A DNA stretch of 64,000 bases from Epiperipatus broadwayi (taxonomy: Eukaryota; Animalia; Onychophora), in assembly GCA_028023455.1 (NCBI GenBank), contig JAQFVV010000001.1, positions 2,294,001 through 2,358,000 on the forward strand. Reading direction: 5' to 3'. Shown one piece after another: positions 11,171 to 25,000 of the stretch. A program made the translations under genes and the position numbers. Under the pieces are notes generated by a model. The model had not been told where the DNA came from. It ran no database searches and saw only the letters and a list, made by a program, of their open reading frames with translations. Numbering within the stretch: the first letter of the stretch is position 1; every line of letters starts with the position of its first letter.

Positions 11171-13299
11171 ACATCTAAACTCCAGGGATATAGAATATAC
11201 CTGCATTTAAATATTAGAATTAAGACTTTTTAATATTCTCAGTAGCACTTGACAAGAAATTATAATTCCTGGTTGCAAACTAAATCAAGATCTTTTCATT
11301 TGACTTGGGAATTGTTTATTTTGATCTAAAAGGTGAATTAAATTTATCTCTATTAATGAATCTCTAATTCAAAGACATAAGTCTTAACTAGTTTTTGGAT
11401 TTTTAAATATTGTGGTCCTATAGACTCACTTAAGATTTTTTTATCATTTTTTTTTTCATACTCAGTATCAACTTATATATTTTCAATAATAAATTTAAAT
11501 CCTATCTGTGATATGTATTTTCAAGATGATTTTTTAATGCATTTTTTCAAAGTTGTATAAGACTTGATAATTTAAGAACTTATATAGGAATCAGAAAAAT
11601 AAAATGGGATTAAATTTTTGATTGTAGTTTAAATTCCTATAGGAATAATGCTAGTAATAATTATTTGATATTATAAACTAGCATTTCCCTAACTTTTCAT
11701 TGGATGGAATACTTCACAAATCCTGAAATTTTAACAAAATATTCTGATTATTTTATAGTGTAGATGGATATTAATAATAAATACATTAGGCAAGTAAGAA
11801 AACAAAACAGACATTTATTTTTAAATTTTAATTATATAAAACAAAACATATGAAAACAATAAAATAAACTAGTGTTATATAGTAAACCTACATTCTTAAT
11901 GACTTCAATGTTTTTGGGTCTTTGAATTACAAATTCATTTGATATCAGAAACAATATTAGAAAGCTGAATTCTAATATCTGGTGTAATCAACCCTATTAC
12001 AGTGTTTTGATTTGGTTGCAGCATAGTATAAAAATTCTCCTCACATAAATGTATATAAACATTAAGGCATCAAAAAATATATACCTTTTTTATTTTTATT
12101 GCAATGAAAATTGTTTTTTTTTTTATGCAATGCAAAAGATTCAGTTTTTAGAAGATTTTAAATTTGGTAAATTTTGAGTATATTCTTTTGTAAAATTATC
12201 TCCATATCATAGTGTTAAAAGATAGCAGTGTGAATTAAAATGAAAAATAAATTAAAATATTGTTTTCATTCTAATTTTATTTTATTTAAATTTTTTTTTC
12301 AAATTGATATTCTAATCAAATGGGAGCAGAAAAAATATGGTGACAGTTTTAATGCCTAAGCATGGTTAAATTATTTTATTTCAACATAACAAAAATATGA
12401 TCAACCAAATATTTATAACACACTTTTAAATGGATAAGTTTAAGTTATCCACAGTTATGGAAATTATATATATATATTGATTCATAATTATATAATATCC
12501 AAAAGAATTTCAATTTTAAGTTAAGCTTCAGACAGTGATTTTTTTGCCACTAGAAGTATCATTATTTTTCTTTCTGTTTTTGAAAAATTTTTATCAAAAA
12601 AAAAAAAGAAAAAAAAAACAAGTTCAAAAATGTAAAATCTGAAATTTGAAATATCAATTTTGAAAATTAAAAAAATATATAAACAGAAATGAATAGATAA
12701 AATAAATATTTTCATTTAATCTTTAACCAAAAAAAATGTATTTTTAATGAAATAAAAAGTTTTTTTAATTAAATTTATGTTGTTAATACAAATTTAGATA
12801 AAACATATGCTCAAATAATGTACATGTTTATCAAAATTTTAAAAAACAATAAGAAAAATTTTGATAGGAGATAGGTTTGATTTGATATTATGTAAAATAT
12901 TCAGTTGATTAATTTCTGCTAAAAAAGTTGCAAACACTAAATACCTATTGAGAAACAAATATTTAATAATTTTACAAAAAATTAATCAAGGGAAGAAATT
13001 AGATTGTAAATTCTTTTATAGTATAAGAAAGATACTGTTAGTAACATTAATCTTTTTAGAAAAAATCATTAATTTTGTATAACTTTTGATGTTGATGCAC
13101 TGTGATTTCTCATTATACAAATTCAGGAATCTTTTAGCAACTATGCCCAGAGAAATGTTAGCCACTTTGACTTCTTTTTCCATTACCCACCCAAAGTTTT
13201 CCCATATTCTTCTATATCCTGCATCATCCCATTTTCACAACATAATCTTTGTCCACTCCTTGGCCTTTATATATAAAAACTCCTTATCTTTTCTCAAAC

Positions 13300-14311
13300 C
13301 CAGTATAAAACCAATAAGACACTTTCTGTATAATCACTTTGTTCATATTTATTCTTCCACAAGTTCATTATTTATATCCTTTATGCTTTTAAGCATTTAC
13401 ATTCAATTAACAGATGCCTAATATTTTCTATGCCTCCCTTACACAACTTGCAGACTAAATCACCCATATTTTTCAAATTTATGTGTGTATTCCCTTGTTG
13501 CTAAAGATCCTGTTCAAGCCTTAAACAGTAAACTACTTTCCTTGCTATTATCATAAATTAACTCATAACCAATATTCTGTTTACTTTTATAAATATTTAA
13601 ACTCTTTTTACTCTCCATACTAGTTCGTCATCTCTCAACCTTCCTATTCTCCTAACACAATCATTTGACCTTTTGTATAAGTATACTGATTTTTTTTTTT
13701 ATCTAAATCTTCTGCATATCGCATTACCTTTTGCACCCAACTTGTTGCCTGCCCTTTATTCATAACCCAATTAAATACTATTTTGGCTATTCTTTTATTA
13801 TTCATAAACTGCAATTTACCAAACATTTTCATTTTGCTTTTTGCATCTCTCATATAAAAACTTGACCATCTCATTTCTCCTTGAATTCTACTTCTCTTTT
13901 TACTTTTTCTAAATAATCTGATACCCCTTTACTAATACATAATGCATCATTTCCATATGTTAACCCTGCTACTGCCACTCCCATTCATACAATTCTAGCT
14001 ACATCATATTTATTATATGAGAATATTATTAATTTCTTTATCAATTTTTTCTTCCATTTGTCCAAACAATCTCTCTGATTACTTAAGATGATTCCCAAAT
14101 AGTTATATCTATTCATCATACTTAACTTTATATCCCCAATAAAAATTCTTTGTCTTCTCTTCCCCAGTATTAATCATCATTACTTTTGATTTTTCTTCAC
14201 TAAATTTAATTTCCATCTCTTTACCCATCTTTGTGCATGTCCTCAGCATAACTTCCATATCTTCCCTTCTTTCTGAACACACACAAAAATCATTCACAAA
14301 TAAAAGACCTG

Positions 14312-14398
<87 letters not shown>

Positions 14399-16400
14399 TA
14401 CCTTGCAACCTATTAATTGTACCTCTACCCTCTTCCTAGTCTTTCTATTGTTCTCTCCATTTCTGTCAAATACAACAAAAACAAAATAGGTGACAGAGAA
14501 TATCCTTGCCTTAATCCCACCCCATTTTTAACTTTAACTGATTCTATAATCCCTAATTGATATGTATAGTAATTATTTTCATATAATTTCTTAATATTAT
14601 TCACTAAAGCTCCATCCATTCCAAATTTACTAAACTTACCCATAATCTATTTCTATTTATTCTATCATACACCTTCTCAATATTTATAAAAAACCATATA
14701 GAACTGTCTACCTGTATTCCTTCTCATATCCATAAGTTGGGTAACTATAAATAAACTATCTCCTATACACCTATCTGATCGAAAACCTCATTGCATTTCT
14801 CCCACTATATGATTTTCTTCCATTCATTTTGCAACCCTTTCAGTCTCCATGTATGAGAAAACTTTATATAGCATTAATGTTACTGCTATCAGTCTATAAT
14901 TGCTTAACTTTCTATGATCCTTACCTTTCCCTTTAAATAATACCATTATTCTTGTATTACTCCAACTACTTGGAAAATCTCTCTTCTGTGCAATCTTATT
15001 AAAACATGATAGTAGTTTTAATTTTGACTTCTGCCCTAAGTTCATTAACACCTCTGCTACCCACCCACCCAAACCTCTTGCCTTTCCACCTTTAAAATTC
15101 TTATTTGCCTCATTCAGTTGATTTTTTCATTTATTTCTCTGTTCTTCACATCTAACATCTTTTCTATATCCATTATATACTTTTTAAGACTATCTCTAAT
15201 TCTTCTCTAGAGCTACACTCTATTCCCTTATCATCTAGTAATACTCATTCTCTCTGCCCTACATTCCTTCTTTTAATACTTTCCAAAATTTTTTATTCCC
15301 ATCTCTTCCACTTTCATTAATATTTTCCAACAGTTTATTATTCAATTTCATTATCTCTCTATAATCATCTATTTTAGCCAACTTCTTTTTTTTAAAATAC
15401 TTTTCCCATTTAGAATTAACATCTTTTTCACTTTCTTTGTTCTTAATAGCACCCTTATATTCTCTGCATGCTTTCCCCCTCTCTTTTACACTTTTACTAA
15501 CACTCACTTTCCTATTACTTTTATTTTTCTGAATATTCTCACCTAAAACCCATTTGCCATTTTTCTATTTCACCACACCTCATCCCCAACCAACTTTTCC
15601 ATGGTTTCTTTAACTTTTATTTTATACTCTTTTAATTTATTTTTATCATTCACTCTCCATCCACATCTTTCACTATTCTTTTTACCTTTATCACTATTTT
15701 TCATCACATTACTAACCATTTCTATTATAAAGAAATTATGATCACTATTACATACTCTCTCTTCATTTTCAAACAGTTCTCCATACTTTATTCATTCCCT
15801 CTTTCTCTACTAATACATAATCTATTGTGTGCAATATATTATTTCTAGACCATGTGTATTGTTGCTCATAAATATTTAACAAATTTCCAATGGTCAAATT
15901 TATTCTCTGACAAAAACTCTTCAAAAGCTGTCCATTCTTATTACTTACATCATCAATTTCTTCAATATGCCCATTAATATTCCCTATAACCATTATTCTC
16001 TTCTCCTTTTTTTTTTTGAAACTCTGTATATCCTTAACTAAGCATTCATATATGCTACTGTTCCACTCCATTATAGTTTGACTATCTCCAGTGTATATAT
16101 ACACTATAGTCACCATCCATTCTTGTCTTTCTAATCTTATCTTAAATTACAAATGTTCTTGACATTTAACAGTATTTAAATATTTTTTGACATAACTCCT
16201 ATAACACCACCCCATTTTTCTTTTTTTTTTCCATTTATACCTTGCCATATCAAGTCTTCCAGAATAGGTTCTTCTTCTCTTAGATGTATTTTCACTACTG
16301 CTAATACCTCAAGCTCTTCATTTTTATTGCTTTGTTTATTTCCAGCCATTTTTTGGTCTCCTACCACCTTGCATATTCAAATACCCAATTTTAATAATTT
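13300..16400 (-). pseudogene. LINE ORF2 remnant: AP endonuclease, reverse transcriptase, C-terminal CCHC
   Basis: IGYLNMQGGR, GNINGH, YTWSR..IDYVL and SDHN (APE); NYRLIAVT, GLRQGYSLSPILF and LLFVND in place of FADD (RT); CKLCKGGIENIRHLLIEC (13399-13452). Confidence 0.92.
14315..14395. repeat. (AT)n microsatellite, 81 bp
   Basis: Pure AT dinucleotide run inside the LINE RT region. Confidence 0.98.
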
Positions 16401-16599
16401 CTTTTTTCCTAACTACTCTTTTATAAATTCTTTTGACTCTTTCTTCTCCATTACATTTATAAATAACTTGCTTACCATTTAATTTTACAGACCCATTCCC
16501 TTTCCATATCTACATTTATATCTAAATCAGCAACCCTTTGATTATTACTTGCATTTTGTCCATTCTTTTTCTTTCTGATAGCACTGCCACTTAAAACCT

Positions 16600-17488
16600 C
16601 AACCCCTTTATAAGTTTCCTGAACTATATTCTTTATAAATCAAACTCCCTAAAACTTCACTTCCTTGTTTTTCTAAGTGCAATCCGTTTTTACTATGTAA
16701 CTCCCTCTTTCCAATAAAAAAAACCCAGACATCCACAAACATGACATCACTTCTCCCACACAATTTTTTCAATCTTATTTATAGAACATGCCATATCTAA
16801 CATATAACTCTTATTAAATCTTTATGGCAAACATACTCTCATATACCTGGTTCTATTTTCCCTTGCAATTATATCTTCACATCTAATTAATGAATCTCCT
16901 ACCAATACTGTTTCATAGTCTACTTTCTCTATTTCATCCATAACATTTTCTACCACCTTCTGGACTTTCTTTAGCTACTTCTTCCTTGTCATTACTACCC
17001 AATAGTTCCTTCATCTGCTCACATTTAATCTCTAATGATTTTAATTTTGTTTCTACATCCTTTACTTTTTCCTCTATCTTACTTATTCTTTGGATAACTA
17101 TCTCCCTTTCATTACTGATTTTTCCACCCATATCTCCTGATACTCCACTACAACCATACTCTATCCTATCTTCTTAAATTACATTTTGCTCCATTTCCCC
17201 TGACTTTCTTCTTAAGCCATCTACACATAGAAACCACTTTTTTGCCTCTTTTATCACATTCACACACTGTCTACATAACCATAAACCTGTTACATTCTTC
17301 CTAGTTTTATTTAAACATTTAAAGTGATAAACCTCATCACATACAGTACACTCTACCACAGTACACCTAATTTTTTTCTGACTATTATATATGCATTCTG
17401 GAATACAAATGCAATCCGTATTCCTTATTTTCTAAGTCACCTACTTTATATTTGACTTTATACTTCCTATCCTACTTTTCAAATCCAT
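16600..17488 (-). pseudogene. LINE ORF1 remnant: PHD finger, coiled coil, SGNH/GDSL esterase
   Basis: CIC...ECTVCDEVYHFKC...WLCRQC (17264-17413), VLVGDSLIR (GDSL at 16888-16899) and NGLHL (16677-16688). Only ~70 codons separate blocks I and V, so the middle of the esterase is deleted. Confidence 0.85.
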
Positions 17489-17737
17489 TTTCATGGAAGG
17501 ATAAAAACTTTACTTTTTTCAATAATGATCAATCAATAATCATGAGTTTTCTGACCATAGGCCTCCAAAATGTTATTTTTTTACCTCAAATAAATCACTT
17601 CCTTTCTTAAATTAATAAAAAAAAATTTTTTAGTACCAAATTTACTAAAAAAATCAACTAAACTTAAATACAACTTAATTATAATATATCCTTATATAAC
17701 ACACATTCAACAAAATAATTTTTAAACTTCTGTATTT

Positions 17738-17746
17738 AAAATGGCG
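17738..17746 (-). promoter_or_regulatory. YY1-like motif (CGCCATTTT) at presumed LINE 5' end
   Basis: AAAATGGCG on the plus strand matches the YY1 consensus and lies at the apparent 5' boundary of the element. Confidence 0.35.
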
Positions 17747-19349
17747 AACAAACACTAACTAAATGTTATCAATTCTTGATCTTTCCAAATTTAATTATAT
17801 TTATTTCTTGTAGTCACAATTTTCTCTCACTTTCATCAACAAATAAACAATCTTTGTATACATGATCTCAAATAATTAATCGCATAGAAAAATAAAGAAC
17901 TTCAAGGTATTTTTCTGCACAGAGTAAAAACATCAGCACACTGAAAGATACTAACATTTAGGAAATATAATGGGAACTAAAATATAAAAATCTATTTCTG
18001 CCATATATATAATACAATTTTTTATAATCAAGTAAATTAAATACTTTATTCATGAATAAATTAAACAACAAGTGTAGGAATAAATTTACGCATTTTATTT
18101 TTTTCATCAGTCACATTTACAACATCTTAAAGTAGTTCCACTTTTATTGTAATACTGAATTTCTATCACTTAGCAATACAAAATTTCTTTATAATCAAGT
18201 AACTATAAATAATGAACTTAAATTTATCTATTTTTTAATTCTTTTTAAAACGATATTTGCTAATAAATTATATCTAAATTCGACTATTTAATTTTGCATT
18301 TTACTATTTTAATATCAAATAAATATTTGAATGCTTTAATTTATTTTCATAAATTTTTGGCATCCATAAAAAGTCAAGAAATGAGAGTTTGGAATACTAT
18401 TTGACCTGTATATAAAGTATTTTATGTAATGAAAATTTTATAGATAAGATATAATTAATATATAATTAAATGTTTTTAATAATTGTTAATTATACGAGGA
18501 TAGAGCTTCCAACTTTATTCGATTATAGATTCCAGAATGTTCTTAATTAATCTCTGATCTTAACAAAGCTGATTAATCAAACCACACATAAGTTGTCAAT
18601 AAATAATGCATTAAAAAATCCAACAATTATCTCACCACTACACTATTTCATCCTGAAAGAGTGACATCCTCAGGTAACTCTGGATATTATAACATTAATT
18701 TACTTATTTTTATACATTGATAGAATATCATTTAATATTTAAATTAGAAATACATAATTCTATTCAAGAGAGAGAAAGAGAATGCATAATTACAATCCTT
18801 GTTGATTCTTTGCCTATAATAAGAAATAAATGAAGCAAGATTATTATTTTTGCATTTACTTCATTTACAGTAAATGATTTTTAAACATATATTAAAAAGT
18901 TTTATTTCTTTATGTGGGTATTTAAGTAAAAAAATTTAAACTGTGTAATGTATTCAAAAAATTAAAAGTCAATTTTTACTGGTAATACAACTTTTGGGTT
19001 ATTTTGTTCATTCAGTGAATGGAAATGATTAATGATCCTTAAAAATTTCTGATCTCAAAAGTAGTTTTTGTTTTCTTTTATTGAAATAATTGTTTTGTCA
19101 AATTTGAAGTCTATTTTACAAGCGTGATGAAAGTTCTCTAAAAGACTTGTCTTCACCTTTTTACATATTTTAAAATAATCGTAATAATGTTTGTTAATAT
19201 TTTTATTTTAAAGAAATATTTAAAACAGTATCAGTGTCTCCATTTGTATGTATGTGTGAGTTGCCTAATTTGAATGCATTGACATAGATTTGAAGAAATA
19301 AATAAATGATAAGGTTAGTTTAAGTCAAAAGTATCCAATTTTAAGTAAT

Positions 19350-20600
19350 CCAAGGGCTACACTAAAAAGCATATCGGAGGGCCACATTCAAAACAATAAA
19401 TACAGTACATATATTAAATTATTGGAGAGTCCCATCATTAGGTATAGTAGGCATTTCAAAAATGTCATTAAAAAACGTTATGATGTTTATAAAAGTTTTT
19501 ATTGAAACAGTAGACAAGATACATTAATTGTTTATATTATTTTAACAAGAACTTTGTGATAGTTCAGTTTCACTTACTAAACCACTTATACAAATTCTGA
19601 TGCTTTTAGTTCTCTCAGTGGTCAGTCTCATTATCAAAGTCTCTAGGTAGACCACACAAATATTAACCATGGAGTTGTATTTTGGACAATTCTGGTTTAA
19701 ATAATAGTATGATTAGTTGCTTTAGAGATCGTGTGATGTTCAAGAACTCTAGTAACAAGTTAGCACAATAGTTTCAGTTGATTGAATGGTGAATTTTTTA
19801 GTATTTATTTTCATAGGAATCAATCCTGGAAACTTTAATCTTATGTTTTCCACTGTGCCAATGCATATATAATCCTTCAACTATCTATTGGATATTTCAG
19901 ATTAATATGATGCACAGACAAAATTAATTTTTAATGACATAGAGTTGGAGTATTTTCATCAGTTTCTTTTAGATAATAATATAATGTGCATAACATAGTT
20001 ACAAAATTGACATTGTCACTTTTTTAATATATAGTTCATCGTTATCCTTTTTATTCTTATTTGTAATAAATTGGTAAAAACATTTTAAACATTGGCTAAA
20101 GAAAAGATTCTTCATATATATTTTTATTAAATGTAGGGATGGGTGTGCTTGTAGCGTGTAAAACCAGATTCATAGCATTTGTGGGTTGATTAGGTGTGCT
20201 GCAGTATTTATTGATGAAGTATTAAATATTTAAATTAACTATTTAAATATTCTACTTATTTGACAGTTGGATACTGTTTTCCTTTTTGTTATTGATATAG
20301 TTATTCTTAGCAATAAACCAAGCCTCTTTCACTTTTTCTTTTCTGTTATCTTGCTCGTTGTAAAACAATATTAATGTTTGTTGAGTCAAAGGTGCAGCTG
20401 AATTTTTATTTGTGCTCCCAAAAATTGATGTATATTCAGAGTTATTTTTTTTCATTTGTATAAATATTTATGTTGAGAATCTTGTGGCATTATTTGCCTT
20501 TGATTCCCTGTAATATTCTGCTTTGCAAGTAGTGTTGCTGTATTTAATTTTACACAAAATATTCCTTTTGATTCTTTTTAAACTTGTGGTTTATTGGATT
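19350..20600 (-). mobile_element. Possible very old hAT-like transposon remnant
   Basis: TIR-like CAAGGGCTACAC...GGAGGGCCACA at ~19350, and BED-like and HxxNL-like fragments. The motif order is not fully consistent. Confidence 0.25.
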
Positions 20601-22699
20601 AACTCTTGTAAATAATTTTATTTCATATGAACAAAATGTATTATTATATTTATATCAACCAAAAATTCAAATTATTATATATATATATTTTTTTCAAGAT
20701 AAATATTACAGTAAGATTTAAAAAAAAATTCAAAAATATGTCTTAAAAATGATAATATATCAAAAATACTTAATACAAATAACTTTACAATATATATAAA
20801 ATATATAAATAGGATTTTAAAAATAACATCATTGTTTTATGAAATTATAAATTAAAAGGTATATTTATTTGATAATTTTAAGTTTTTCTTCATTAAAATA
20901 ATAATAATATTTTACTTGTAAGTCATTTATATCTTGTGGTTTTGGTCTTTTTTATATATTTATAAATTTTGTTTTTATTTTTCAAATATATTTTCGTGTT
21001 CTTTATTTTGAAAAAGTTTTTATTCTAATAAAATAAACAAAACATTGGCGGTTATAAATATAAAATGCAACATATTTTGTTCAAATTAAATTTTTTATTT
21101 ACAGAATTGAATTCCATAAAAAAAGCAAGTTTGAAATGAATTTAAAATGTTTTGTTTACATATCAATAATTATTATTGAAGGTACAATAAATTTAAAAAG
21201 AAAAAACAAGAAGAAACAATATTTGAATTGCATAGTTTCCTAAATTTCATTCTTTGATATTGGAGATTTTAAAATGAAGGATAAAACTAGATACAAAATC
21301 TTAAAAAAAAAAAAATTCAAAAGTTCATATTAATATTAAAAAAAGTAATCGTATGGCAAATTATTTGGGAGGTTATGTGATGTTTGAATATCTTAGTAGC
21401 AAATTGGATATTTTACAATTCTATTCAGTTAGTCTGAACCAATTTTTTTTGCATGATGGGAATTGATCATGAGACTTTTGCCTCTGAGTCGGGAATTTTA
21501 CCATTGTGATAATCCATACAAAACATTGATATTAATTAATATGTTATTAATTATTAATTTATTTATTTTTAAATTTTTCTTTATTTGTTTTAAAGGTGTG
21601 TTTTGTCTATTTAAATATTATTAATTATATATTAAGTTATTTGCTTAAGTCAGAGTAACAACACAATAGAATATAGTATGTTCAAATGGTAATCTTGATC
21701 AGTGTTGACAGTAGTTTTCTATGGCTTCCCAGAATTATCTTAATTATAACACATTAATGTTAGATATAATTTTTTTATATGTGCATTATTTATTTTCTTA
21801 TTTACATTGATTGAAATTATTAACTTTATATAATTCCAATATTTTAGATTTTTATACTTTATTAATAACAAACTATATACAAATATTGATATATTTACAA
21901 TATATATTTGTGATAGAATAAATTTATACTTGTCATCTCTAGGATGTTTTTTAATATATAGATATATAAAGATTTGTAACCATACTGGTATATTTTTTAC
22001 ACATATATAGTAGAATCATGATATTGCTATATTTTATTTCAAGCCTCCCTTGTATACATTGTATATCATGTATAATAACTCACATTTTGTGATAAACTTT
22101 GATTAGAATATAAATTATTTATTGAACTGCAAGTATACAATAGTTTTTCAATATATGCACACACATATATAGAGACATAACACAGATGCTTATTACATGA
22201 CTAGTATGCATATGTTAATTAAGATTATAATATAATCAAAATTTTAAAATAATAATAATATAATTACTATTAATAAATTGATGACACATTTATATATATA
22301 TTTTACTGAATATGTGTTCACTCATTCATTCACTGAAAAAATAACAATAAGAAGAAAAAAAATTTTTTTTTAAAAATATGAATAGTGAAATGTCTGACTT
22401 TCATTACAATTAAATAAGCTCTGAGAGATGTTCTTTTTTTAATAACTTTTTTAATAAAACTTTTAGCATTATGCTTAGAGAACATTTTATTATATGAAAT
22501 ACTGCACATCAAATTTGGAAAGGATAATAAAAGAAGAATAAAATATATGTGCTTCCAAGATAAACTGAAGAAATTTTATTAATAAATGTGAGATTAAAAA
22601 AAATAGCTGCTGGCATATTGTAAAAATTATTTGCAAATTTTATTTATTTATTTAAATGTGATTACATATGGTGCTCAGAGATAGAAAAATGGCTGCTTG

Positions 22700-25000
22700 G
22701 TATCATAAAATGTATTAAATTTACAAATTATAATATTTATTTTTATTTATTTGTTTACATTTTTTATTAATTAGCATATAATTGAAGTCATGTATACAGA
22801 TGCAGCTTTACTGTATACATTTTCTCATATCTGCCCTTCTGCATGTATGTATATTATTAATTTTTTTATGATGTGCACTTTTTAAAATCTATTATGCTAA
22901 AGTCATCCATTGTTTACATCTGTATTAATAATTTGCCCAAGCCATTTATTTATTTCATGAAATTCACTATTATTGGTGATTATTTATTTATTTCTTTAAT
23001 TCTACTTATTTCATGATTTTTTTTTTTTAGTCCTGAAGCATTATTTGTAAAACCAATCATAGTATCTACAAAATCATTTCACTTCACAAAATATTTCATT
23101 TAAACTGCTCTAAAAGATTTGGAAATAATAGAATTATTCTGCTGTATATTTTTACTGCTGTTAGTCTTTTTAGTGTAGTCAAGTAATTTGATCACTGTTG
23201 TTGTATTTTGATAAATTCTTCAAAATTGAACACTATTTTGGGTCTATATCATGTTTCAAAGATTCAATCAATAAAGAAATGCTTATTGACACAAATGCCT
23301 TTTAGATTTATATACCCAGTGCAAATGGAAATTCATTACCAGCTTTTTTCTATAATTTCACTTAATACTTACATATAATTTTTTATTATGCTGTATTTAC
23401 TTTTAAATTTAGCTTGTTTTTTTTTTTTTTAAAATTCAAAATTACTGGCAAATAAGTTGTAATGATCTTAGTAATATATGGAAATGATAAACTTAAACTT
23501 ATTTTTCATTTGATATTTAGAGGTTGTTAAAACTAAGACTCACTCTTGATCCTTTGAATATGTCAATGATGATTTTTGATTATTTAGTCTGCACATAAAT
23601 TAAAATAATAGACAAAATTCACTCTATAGTTTAAAACTATGTAAAAATCTAAGCCTATATAATAATTAAAAGATAGATTGGTATCATTACAGTTACTTCT
23701 GCTTCAATTGGAAATGATAAAATGTAATTTCAAATATTTTCTTTTTCTCATTTCTTAAACATTAATATTACTATAGGTATTTTCTTTCAATCATGTGATA
23801 TTTAATCTTATTACTTAGACATTTAATGTATTGTTTCAATAACAATTTCTCTATTTCTTCATCTATTTCTTTTAAAATATTTATAATAATTTTATCATCA
23901 TTTCATGAAATATTTCAGTTTTCATTTATAATTTGTGTTGTTTTAAATGCTAATATAATTAGATGTTATACTGTATTTCTCTGACTTTATTATTATGTAG
24001 TTTTTATGGAATTCTTCATGATGTCATTATTTATTTAATCAACCTGAAGCTAATTTGATCCAAATGGGTTTTAAGTTGTAACATTAGCTAGTGGTTTAAA
24101 AAAAGATGGAAATCTGCGGAACCCTTACCTACTCTGTGTTAAGCTACTCTCTCTTTACTCTTCTTTTTTTGAAGAGATGCCAAAGCAGACTATTTAAAGT
24201 CTATTTTACTGTTTATTTTTTATAGCATCATTAATTCTTCTTCATCTTTCTGGTGTACACTGTCTTGTCTTTATTGTTTAATTTATACTTTTTTGATTTT
24301 TTTTATGTGTAAAGATGCTCTTAATAGAATATTTACTATTTTCTAACTAATTTAAGTTGAACCTTGTTCAAAGTCTATTAATATTTTTAAATGATTTTTA
24401 AGTTTTAGCTTTAAATCACTTCAATATTTCTGAAAATTATTGATATTTACTGTTGTTTAATTACTTGCTTAATTTTTCTCACTTTGTAAGTATACATATC
24501 TTATATATTGCTAATTGATTGTCATTTCTCATATCAAACCTACTAAGCACTTAACATTTAAATGTCTATTTTCTGTTAGTTAAAATATGATCCAACTTTG
24601 TTATGCTTTAGTTTATTGTTTGTTTGTTTTTTCAAAGCAGGAAATTCATAAAATAGTTATATTCCCTATAAATTCCACAAATTTGTTTCCATATCTTTTT
24701 TTTATTTATTTCATGTCTAAATTAGTACAGCAGATTCACTTTCATATGTGTTCCAATTCTAGTTTTAAAATTTTTCCATGACAATTTTAAAATATTATCT
24801 GCTAACATGCATTCTAAATATCTGTATAACCTTTTTTTTGAGTTGGAATCTGAGTTTGATACTCTGATATACTATTATTTCTACAATATCGTTTTTTTCC
24901 ATCTTTTATTTATAATGAATCCCACTTTGTTTATGCTTCCAATGTTTATGTTTTTAGTGAAAACATACCCATTTTTCAAGTGATCTTTTTCTTTTTTTTT
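22700..25000 (-). mobile_element. RTE-clade LINE remnant (endonuclease to RT), old
   Basis: KVGFIINKRW and KLDHILTNR (APE), KAFVSI and NDFVDTMI (RT-like). The minus strand is A-rich and heavily decayed. Confidence 0.55.

Larger units (their letters stand above)
13086..17760 (-). mobile_element. Near full-length decayed non-LTR retrotransposon (PHD+esterase ORF1; APE-RT-CCHC ORF2; RTEX/Proto2/CR1-L2-like, clade uncertain)
   Basis: Domains occur in the expected order on the minus strand, ending in a (CATCAA)2 3' tail at 13086-13097. Many stops and frameshifts; no TSD recognised. Confidence 0.92.
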
